A stretch of DNA of 64,000 nt from Bdellovibrionales bacterium (GTDB lineage: Bacteria > Bdellovibrionota > Bdellovibrionia > Bdellovibrionales > CAYMLA01). This document shows, piece after piece, positions 9,852 through 16,845 of this stretch. Location: positions 1,361,430 to 1,425,429 of the forward strand of contig OZ244239.1 of NCBI GenBank assembly GCA_965217115.1. The letters run 5' to 3'. A program made the position numbers and the translations under genes. The notes under the pieces were generated by a model. The model was not told the DNA's origin, ran no database searches, and worked only from the letters and a program-made list of their open reading frames with translations. Every line of letters begins with the position of its first letter. Within the stretch, counting starts at the first letter, position 1.

Positions 9852-10720
9852 TTTCCCACCAGACCTTTTAAATATTTTTTAAGGGGTTGTTCAAGGGTTG
9901 TGTCTTTTAAGGCAAATTCTATGTTGGCCTGAAGATAGCCAAGTTTATCTCCAGCATCATATCTTTGTGAAGTAAAAGTTTGGGCAAGGAGGCCTTCATT
10001 TTCTGCTAGTTGCACCATGGCATCGGTCAGCTGAATTTCACCATTTTTCCCAGGAGAGGTTTTTTCAAGATAGCTAAAAATGCGATTATCAAAAACATAT
10101 CGTCCAGGTAGAGCGAGATTGCTTGGAGCTTTGTCGGCAGAGGGTTTTTCGATAACATTTAGAACTTTGTATTGGTTTTTTTCTTCAGAAAAAGATTCAA
10201 CAGTGACGACGCCGTATTTACTGATGTTTTCTGGAGAAATTTCCATAACAGCGACGGAGGAAATTCCCGTATCGGAGAAGGTTTGACAAAGCTCTTGGGT
10301 GACGGTTGGGGGAGAGATGATTTCATCTCCGAGAAGAACAGCAAAGGGGTCTTTGCCAATAACAGACTGACCACAATAGACGGCATGGCCGAGACCCTTG
10401 GCTTCTTTTTGACGAACACTGATGATATTAACTTTATTTCGAATATCATGGATTTTTTTAAGTTCATTTATCTTCCCTGCTTTGATGAGCTTATCTTCTA
10501 ACTCGTAACTGGTATCAAAAAAATCTTCTATGGCAGACTTGCCTCTTCCTGTGATTAAGACAATATCTTCAATTCCAGCTTGCAAGGCCTCTTCAATGAC
10601 GTAGAGGATAATAGGAGTGTCGACAATGGGAAACATCTCTTTAGGGATCGTTTTGCTGGCGGGAAGAAAACGAGTTCCTAGGCCAGCGGCGGGGATAAGG
10701 GCTTTTTTTATTTTTCTCAT
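9848..10720 (-). CDS. galU: UTP--glucose-1-phosphate uridylyltransferase
   Basis: MRKIKKALIPAAGLGTRFLPASKTIPKEM is the canonical GalU N-terminus, so I prefer the ATG at 10720 to the track start at 10786. Confidence 0.9.
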   Translation of the reverse strand: MRKIKKALIPAAGLGTRFLPASKTIPKEMFPIVDTPIILYVIEEALQAGIEDIVLITGRGKSAIEDFFDTSYELEDKLIKAGKINELKKIHDIRNKVNIISVRQKEAKGLGHAVYCGQSVIGKDPFAVLLGDEIISPPTVTQELCQTFSDTGISSVAVMEISPENISKYGVVTVESFSEEKNQYKVLNVIEKPSADKAPSNLALPGRYVFDNRIFSYLEKTSPGKNGEIQLTDAMVQLAENEGLLAQTFTSQRYDAGDKLGYLQANIEFALKDTTLEQPLKKYLKGLVGK

Positions 10721-10930
10721 GGGGTCAAGAAACCATAAAACATCCTTGGAGGCAATGAAACAGACTTTTGTCTGGGAGAGAAGCATTTAAGCGTGTTTTA
10801 AGCAGATCTAAAGGTGTCCTTCCTAGACATGAGTCTGTCTCAAAACGAGAAAAACAAGTTTTTTTTAGGAGTGTTGATCTCAGAGTGGGGGGGGATGTGT
10901 TAGGCTAGATATAAGGCCTTGAGGGGGGAT

Positions 10931-12172
10931 ATGATTTTAAAAATAAGAACGGCTTCTATGGTTTTGGCAGCTATTTTTTTGATAGTGACGTTTCAGAACT
11001 GTGGAGGGCCTTTAAATCAAAATATAGATATTCTTGCCGGGAAAGTGAAGAAATACGCGGACGCTCCTTTTGCTTTTAAGTCTGACATTGATCAAATAAC
11101 TTATATGTCTTGTAGTAAGCCATCTGCTCCACGGGCCGAAGGTGCTAGTGTGAATACTTTTTTTACGTTCAAAGTGGGAGCTTATGGTTCGTCAGGAGTT
11201 AAGATACGTGAGGATTTTTCTCTTTATGTTAATAACAAGCATTATCCTATTGGTCTGAACAAGACCAATCTCAAAGACTCTCTTGTGTACAGCGAAAGAA
11301 ACAACGGTGCTTCTTTACAGCTGGCGGTGCGTCCCCGTAGTAATATCAGAGATGTGGTGCATTCTTCTTCAGGAAATCCTACGTCAGGGATGGATTATGT
11401 CAATCTTTGGCCTTCTTTGACGACGGATACAATTGTCGATAATTTTATAAAAGCAGGGAGTGATAATAAGATTAATTACATTGTCGGAGGTCGAGGGATT
11501 GGTCAAAGGAGAATAGAAGGGGGAATTGTTTTTAATACAGACGCCGGACTTGAGACTGATGTGAGGGCAGCGCTGACGAACAATGCTTATCTAACACTTA
11601 CGTATTCGACACCAGAAGATCGTGCTTCGGCGGAGAGTGATGTTGCGGCCCGTTCACCATCGCATTTTGGAGAGACGTCGAGCAAAAGAGTTTGGGGACA
11701 GGCGTTTCAAGTGGATTTTCTAAATCTCGGGCATGTGTCCAGCCCCAGCCGAGTTTTGAATTCTGTGCGTCAGTTGGAGCTAGATGATGAAGACGGCCCT
11801 AAATACAGCGAAGGTGTGAGTTGGAGTTGTCCATCAAGTCTGCGATTAACAATTGTTAGTCCCCTTGATGCTAACGATAAGATCGACGGAGAAACGACGC
11901 TGCCTGGACTGTGTCCGACGGGAGATGATGGAAGTCAAATAACGAGTAGTAATGAATCGGTTTTTAGAACAATTCGCCATCACTTACGGTCAGAAGATTG
12001 GTATGTGAATCTTACGGGTCTCGATGGAAATCCGTGTATTGTGCCTAAAGCTGGCAAAGGTGATATCTGTTATAGTCGTAATTACCCTGTGGAATATGGA
12101 ACAGGAGAGTGTGGTCCAGAAAAAACTGTAGATTGTGCCCATTTTGTGAGTATTTGCACTCGAAATGATTGA
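10931..12172 (+). CDS. Hypothetical secreted protein
   Basis: The ATG at 10931 is preceded by GAGGGGGG. Signal-like MILKIRTASMVLAAIFLIVTFQNCGG. No motif recognised. Confidence 0.5.
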   Translation: MILKIRTASMVLAAIFLIVTFQNCGGPLNQNIDILAGKVKKYADAPFAFKSDIDQITYMSCSKPSAPRAEGASVNTFFTFKVGAYGSSGVKIREDFSLYVNNKHYPIGLNKTNLKDSLVYSERNNGASLQLAVRPRSNIRDVVHSSSGNPTSGMDYVNLWPSLTTDTIVDNFIKAGSDNKINYIVGGRGIGQRRIEGGIVFNTDAGLETDVRAALTNNAYLTLTYSTPEDRASAESDVAARSPSHFGETSSKRVWGQAFQVDFLNLGHVSSPSRVLNSVRQLELDDEDGPKYSEGVSWSCPSSLRLTIVSPLDANDKIDGETTLPGLCPTGDDGSQITSSNESVFRTIRHHLRSEDWYVNLTGLDGNPCIVPKAGKGDICYSRNYPVEYGTGECGPEKTVDCAHFVSICTRND

Positions 12173-12224
12173 TTCCTTTATAGAGATTTAATGCTCACCC
12201 GCAGTGAGAACGAAAAAAGCGTTT

Positions 12225-13385
12225 TCAAGAATGTTTTTTTATCTTTTGAGAAATTCGTTTAAAAGAGTTCTTTAATTGTTTCTCGGCATGGGCTGGATAT
12301 CCTTTGATGTATTTAGAGGGATTCACCATGCGAGAATTTTTCTTAATGGCAAGATGGAGATGTGGTTTTGTGCAGTACCCTGTGCAGCCGATTTGTCCAA
12401 TGGCTTGACCTGCTTTAACAAAAGTTCCAGTGGAGATGTTGGAGTTTACTTTGTTTAGATGATTGTAGTAGGATTTTAGGCCATTTTTGTGCTGAATAAC
12501 AATGTAGTTTCCGGGAGCTCTTGCTCTTCCAGTTTTGATAACTCTACCATTGGCGACGGCGTAGACGGGGCTGGCAGACGGAAGAGCGAAGTCGATTCCG
12601 AGATGGGCTTGGCGGCGTTTTTTTATAGGGTGACGACGACGGGCTTGAAAAGAACTGGAAATATGGAGAGTGTTTACAGGGGAATAAAATGGCTTTACTG
12701 AAGAGAAATCTTCTTGGGAGAGAAAAGCACCTCCTGAAATTCCATTTTTAGAAAAAGGCACGAAGATTTTTTTTATTACTTTATTATTTATTTCTAAAGC
12801 GGCAATAAGAACATTTCCAAATTTGATAAAATAATCGTGGTCGAATTTTTTTTCAACAATAAGGTAAAATCGAGCATTTTTTTTGATATCTCGTTTTAAG
12901 TTGTAATCGAGTAAGAATGCATTCATAAAACGGTAGGCAACAAGGGTTTCGTTTATTTTTGAATTAATACTTGAAATTAATGAGTTTTTTATTTTTCCGT
13001 TAATTTTCAGTGTTTGGACTTTGAAGTTTTCTTTTAAAGAATGTGAACCGATTTTGTTGGAAGTTTTCCAAAAAATGTAGGTTAAATCACTTTGGTGGTC
13101 ATAGATTTTCATTTGGAACTTTTGCGCACTCTGGAGAAGAAGGTATTTGTGACCAGGAACAAGAAGGAAGTTTTTAGGAACAAGGCTACGATTAAAGAGT
13201 TCTTGTCTCTCTTTGTGTGAGAAACCGTTTTTGGAGAGGAGTGAAAAAAGAGTGTCTCCCGTCAGTATGGTTTTGACCTCAGTTGAAGAATTGGTGGACA
13301 ATAGAGCTGGTAAAGAGAGAGAGAATGTCAGCGAAGCGGAGAAAATGATGAGACTGTGTAGAATTTTTTTCAAGGGATTCCCCAT
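12225..13385 (-). CDS. M23 (LytM-type) metallopeptidase
   Basis: HLGIDFALPSASPVYAVANGRV (HxxxD) and GYCTKPHLHLAI (HxH), with an N-terminal signal-like segment. Confidence 0.85.
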   Translation of the reverse strand: MGNPLKKILHSLIIFSASLTFSLSLPALLSTNSSTEVKTILTGDTLFSLLSKNGFSHKERQELFNRSLVPKNFLLVPGHKYLLLQSAQKFQMKIYDHQSDLTYIFWKTSNKIGSHSLKENFKVQTLKINGKIKNSLISSINSKINETLVAYRFMNAFLLDYNLKRDIKKNARFYLIVEKKFDHDYFIKFGNVLIAALEINNKVIKKIFVPFSKNGISGGAFLSQEDFSSVKPFYSPVNTLHISSSFQARRRHPIKKRRQAHLGIDFALPSASPVYAVANGRVIKTGRARAPGNYIVIQHKNGLKSYYNHLNKVNSNISTGTFVKAGQAIGQIGCTGYCTKPHLHLAIKKNSRMVNPSKYIKGYPAHAEKQLKNSFKRISQKIKKHS

Positions 13386-14226
13386 TATTGTTTTACAAGC
13401 TGCATTGCTATTATTGGTTTTACCTGCTGTAGGACAACATTATTACGGTCCTGTGTCATCTGCAATGGGAGATAGTGGTCGAGCGATAATTAACCCCTCT
13501 GAATGTATTTATCTGAATCCGGCATGCATTGCCCATTATCGAGGTTATGAAACGTCAGTTTCTTTTAGCAACGTGGGCAGCCTTCTAAATGATCAAAAAC
13601 AGGCTTCTTTTGGTTTCTCTTTGGCAGATAATACGGGAGAAGTCCTTCTTCCGGCTTCCTTTGCTTATCTTAAAAGAAGGGTGAAAGGTGAGACAGGAGA
13701 CCGTGTAAATGAGATTAATTATCAACTGTCCATTGCTCGTTTTTTGATCCCACGGTTGGCGCTAGGGTTGGGTTATCAATATGGTCTCCGTGAGGAAGAA
13801 GAGGGAGATGAAGAGCGGCAGAGTGGTCACTTGGGTTTCTTGTACACTCCTATGCATAATCTTGGATTGGCATTGGTGGGTTATAATCTGGCTCAAATTG
13901 GATATGGAGAGAGATCTTGGGCCTTAGGGCTTTATTATCTTCATACACAGAATTGGCGATTGAGTTTTGATGTTTTATTTCTTCCAGAGGGAGGAGAGAG
14001 CCAGAGAGTCAATGTTGGAGGGGGATTTGAAACTCGCTTGAATGATTTTGTGGTTTTTCGCTTGGGTTTTCAGGAAAGTGAATCTTTAGGAGGCTCGTCA
14101 GTGGGTAAGTGGACCTCGGGTCTAGGAGTCTCTCTGCCTCGTTTTCAGATAAATTACAGTTATCAGGAAAAACGGTCTCAGGTAGGGGAAGAGACTCATA
14201 GCATTGACATTAAAATACCTCTTTGA
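13345..14226 (+). CDS. Putative outer-membrane beta-barrel protein
   Basis: Signal peptide MMRLCRIFFKGFPIIVLQAALLLLVLPAVGQ follows GGAG. After it comes alternating amphipathic beta-strand-like sequence rich in G, Y and L. The start choice is uncertain, and the track ORF begins at 13213 inside the neighbouring gene. Confidence 0.5.
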   Translation: MMRLCRIFFKGFPIIVLQAALLLLVLPAVGQHYYGPVSSAMGDSGRAIINPSECIYLNPACIAHYRGYETSVSFSNVGSLLNDQKQASFGFSLADNTGEVLLPASFAYLKRRVKGETGDRVNEINYQLSIARFLIPRLALGLGYQYGLREEEEGDEERQSGHLGFLYTPMHNLGLALVGYNLAQIGYGERSWALGLYYLHTQNWRLSFDVLFLPEGGESQRVNVGGGFETRLNDFVVFRLGFQESESLGGSSVGKWTSGLGVSLPRFQINYSYQEKRSQVGEETHSIDIKIPL

Positions 14227-14261
14227 TACAAAAGTCGTCCAAAGTTTAAAAGGAGACTTTT

Positions 14262-14393
14262 ATGGCATCACCAGATAAGCGCACGACTTTGATACGCGAG
14301 CGTAAAATCTCAAAGGCAGGAAGGAGTCGTAAAAAAGACATTCGTAAGAATGGAACGACTAAATCTCAAAAAGAGTTGTTTGGAGACAGTTAG
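14262..14393 (+). CDS. Small highly basic protein (43 aa), unannotated in the track
   Basis: AAAGGAG lies 7 nt upstream of the ATG. Translation: MASPDKRTTLIRERKISKAGRSRKKDIRKNGTTKSQKELFGDS, ending at a TAG at 14391. Confidence 0.35.
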   Translation: MASPDKRTTLIRERKISKAGRSRKKDIRKNGTTKSQKELFGDS

Positions 14394-14406
14394 TTTTTAA
14401 ACTGTG

Positions 14407-15507
14407 CTAGTGACCTAGAATTTTAGCTGCATTTTTATATTGTGCTCGACGACGCAGTTTGGTCGGATACTGCTGCACGTTCCCTTTTAAATCCCAAATA
14501 AAAGCCATTTGTATCCAACCTTCTTGTCCTGAGTGGAAGCGATATTTTTTAAAGGCCTTAAGAGTTTTTCTGTCGAGACTTCTGTGGCCTGCACTGTTGA
14601 GCAGTTTGAAGTTTTTTAGAATTCCTCTTTTGGTGACGTAGGCTTGGAGGACGACAGTGCCTTCTTTTTTTGCAAATCGATCTTCTAAGCTGTAAACAGG
14701 AGGGCGGTTTCCACGGAGAGAGCGTAATTCTGAAATATCACGAACTTTACTTGGAAGGCTCTTTTGTAAAACGCCTTTTTGTTCCTTTTTCTTACTGACA
14801 AGGGCGTCCTGTTTAACTAATTGAACTTTCTTTTTTAGGGGTTTATTTTCAGGAGCTTTTTTTTCTTCAAGAGGTTCATCGACCCATTTTTCTTCGGCGA
14901 GGGCAATTTCTTGGCTGATCTCGTCTTCTAAGGCCTGTTCGTGGTTAAGGTCTTCCTCAGCATCCATTTGATCAAGTTTTTGGCGAATTTTATCGGCAAA
15001 AGAGTCACTGGCGAGCGTTTGCTCTTTTTTTGGTTGTTTTTTTTCAACGGGAATGGCGATGTCTGATGATAAATCAGAGGATTTGAGGGCGACGGGGGGG
15101 AGCTTCTTTTCAGGAAGTCTCTTTTTAGAAAGCCTCTTTTTAGGAAGCTTCTTTTTAGGAAGCTTCTTTGCAATGAAGGTTTTCAGGATTTTCTTTTTTG
15201 GTTTTGGGGTTTTGAGTTTTCTTACTTTTTTTACGATAGGCACAGTTTTTTTGGCCCTCTTAGCTCTCACAGTTTTCTTGGGGGCAAGGGGAGTTGGAGC
15301 GATAGATTCATCTTTGATTTGTGTTTTTTGAGCTAAACGGGTGGGCTTGGTGGAGGTGGGCGCAATTTCAAATTCAATAGTTCCCTGGTTAAGGGGGCGC
15401 AGCTGATCAACGGTGACCCAGCTGAGAACAGCAAAAAAAGCAAAATGCAAAACACCTGAAAACAGAAAGTAGCCATTAATTTTTTCGTTATCCCAATGAC
15501 TCCACAT
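14407..15507 (-). CDS. TonB-like energy-transducer protein
   Basis: N-terminal TM helix, Lys/Pro-rich spacer (KKLPKKKLPKKRLSKKRLPEKKLPP), and a C-terminal TonB-type domain (PPVYSLEDRFAKKEGTVVLQAYVTKRG...). I prefer the ATG at 15507, preceded by GGAG, to the GTG at 15534. Confidence 0.7.
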   Translation of the reverse strand: MWSHWDNEKINGYFLFSGVLHFAFFAVLSWVTVDQLRPLNQGTIEFEIAPTSTKPTRLAQKTQIKDESIAPTPLAPKKTVRAKRAKKTVPIVKKVRKLKTPKPKKKILKTFIAKKLPKKKLPKKRLSKKRLPEKKLPPVALKSSDLSSDIAIPVEKKQPKKEQTLASDSFADKIRQKLDQMDAEEDLNHEQALEDEISQEIALAEEKWVDEPLEEKKAPENKPLKKKVQLVKQDALVSKKKEQKGVLQKSLPSKVRDISELRSLRGNRPPVYSLEDRFAKKEGTVVLQAYVTKRGILKNFKLLNSAGHRSLDRKTLKAFKKYRFHSGQEGWIQMAFIWDLKGNVQQYPTKLRRRAQYKNAAKILGH

Positions 15508-15604
15508 GGCTTTATCTCCAAAAAATAAATTCACCTGATGGAAAATACATCAAGAATTGGGCCAAGCTAAGGACGAAGAGAATTGCTGAGGGGAGAAATC
15601 TTTT

Positions 15605-15646
15605 GAAAAAAATACACAAAATAACGCAATAAGAATAAGTGCGTTA
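15605..15646 (-). terminator. Possible intrinsic terminator between the repeat region and the TonB-like gene
   Basis: Read on the minus strand: taacgca-N11-tgcgtta followed by ttttgtgtattttttt. The stem is only 7 bp. Confidence 0.35.
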
Positions 15647-15657
15647 AATAAGTTTAA

Positions 15658-15922
15658 GGTTCTTTGTGATAAATAGTGGAATTGTTCCCAAGAGACCCAT
15701 TGACCCATTGATTGAATAGGGCCTTTTTTTCTAGAGTCTCTCCCAAAAGAATCCAGTTCTTTTCGGCGAGTTTGGCTTGGCGACTTCCATTGCATTTCTC
15801 TGCAATGGAAGGTGACAAACGGATGTTTGAGCAAGAAAAGGGCTGGATTCTTTTGGGAGAGATTCTAGAAAAAAAACGGGTCATCAGAAAAAACTGTCTC
15901 CACTATTTTTTGTCATAAAGAG
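15658..15922. mobile_element. MITE-like non-autonomous element with nested inverted repeats
   Basis: The outer ends are imperfect inverted repeats: ttctttgtgataaatagtgga at 15660 and tccactattttttgtcataaagag ending at 15922. Inside is a near-perfect 26-bp inverted repeat. No transposase is present. Confidence 0.4.
15731..15868. repeat. 138-bp long-hairpin core: 26-bp arms matching at 25 of 26 positions, plus an inner 10-bp hairpin
   Basis: The left arm ctagagtctctcccaaaagaatccag (15731..15756) is the reverse complement of the right arm ctggattcttttgggagagattctag (15843..15868) with one mismatch. The arms are flanked by T7 and A8 runs. The inner hairpin ttccattgca-tttctc-tgcaatggaa is at 15785..15810. 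Confidence 0.85.
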
Positions 15923-16092
15923 TCCAGTTCTTTTCGGCGAGTTTGGCTTGGCGACTTCCATTGCATTTCCCTGCAATGGGAGGTGACAAACGGATGTTTG
16001 AGCAAGAAAAGGGCTGGATTCTTTTGGGAGAGATTCTAGAAAAAAAACAGCTCATCAGAAAAAAATTGGCTCCACCATTGTTTGTCATAAAG
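15752..16092. repeat. Two-copy tandem direct repeat, period about 171 bp
   Basis: 15752..15922 and 15923..16092 align almost base for base (tccagttcttttcggcgagtttggcttggcgacttccattgcatttc...gtcataaag) with a few substitutions and a small indel. The second copy lacks the left hairpin arm. Confidence 0.85.
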
Positions 16093-16153
16093 AATCAAAT
16101 TTAATCTGAGACCTATCTCTGTGGGAAAAGCAGTTCTTCCTTAGAGTATTTAA

Positions 16154-16759
16154 TTAGAGTGAAGATTTATTCTCAATAACTTTATGAACAAGGCCATACT
16201 CCACGGCATGATTAGCATTCATCCAGAAATCACGGTCACAGTCTTTTTCGATTTTCTCCAGTGGCTGTCCCGTTTCTTCAGAGAGAATCTTGTTTAATTT
16301 AGATCGTGTTTTAACAATCTCATCGGCAGTGATTTCAATACTTGAAACAGACCCTGTAACGCCACCCTGAATAAGAGGTTGATGAATCATGAATTCACAA
16401 TTTGGCATTGTAAGTCGGTTCTTTTTTTCAGGGGCTTGCAAAATAATAGTAGCAATACTTGCGCAGAGGCCGGTACAAATAATTTTCACATCAGGTTTGA
16501 TAAAACGGATTGCATCGTAAATAGCAAAACCAGCATTGACAGATCCCCCTGGAGAATTGAGATAAACAGAGATGCTTTTTTTATCGTCATCAGCTTCTAA
16601 TAGAAAAAGACCTTGAATAAAGTCTTTAGCTGTTTTTGCAGAGATCGCTTCAAAGAGAGTTAATTGACGGGTTTTTAAAAGTTTTTCATTAAAAGAAATC
16701 TCTTTTTCTTTTTTTTCATCTTGTTCTGAAATGATTGGTTGAAAATTAATAAGATTCAT
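16154..16759 (-). CDS. clpP: ClpP-family serine protease subunit, divergent paralog (ClpP2-like)
   Basis: YLNSPGGSVNAGFAIYDAIRFIKPDV, GLCASIA (Ser), MIHQP (His) and DRDFWMNA (Asp) are conserved. The N-terminal 35 aa are unlike canonical ClpP. Confidence 0.8.
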   Translation of the reverse strand: MNLINFQPIISEQDEKKEKEISFNEKLLKTRQLTLFEAISAKTAKDFIQGLFLLEADDDKKSISVYLNSPGGSVNAGFAIYDAIRFIKPDVKIICTGLCASIATIILQAPEKKNRLTMPNCEFMIHQPLIQGGVTGSVSSIEITADEIVKTRSKLNKILSEETGQPLEKIEKDCDRDFWMNANHAVEYGLVHKVIENKSSL

Positions 16760-16845
16760 TTGGTTGTCCTTTTTAAAGTAAGATTATCTAGAAGTAGTGT
16801 TATTTTATGAAAAATGCAGACATTCGTGTACCGTTTAATGAATAG

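Noticed and set aside
15550-16088. Four track ORFs (15550..15834, 15654..15884, 15712..15918, 15903..16088) in the repeat region. Two of them share a block of about 40 aa (FFSRISPKRIQPFSCSNIRLSP...).
   Set aside because: The shared peptide is simply the translation of the duplicated DNA. No Shine-Dalgarno precedes any of the starts, ORFs occur on both strands of the same palindrome, and the composition is odd. I treat the region as a non-coding repeat.
15731-16092. Possible CRISPR array
   Set aside because: There are only two long units of about 171 bp, directly abutting with no unique spacers, and each has internal long inverted repeats. No cas genes are present in the window.
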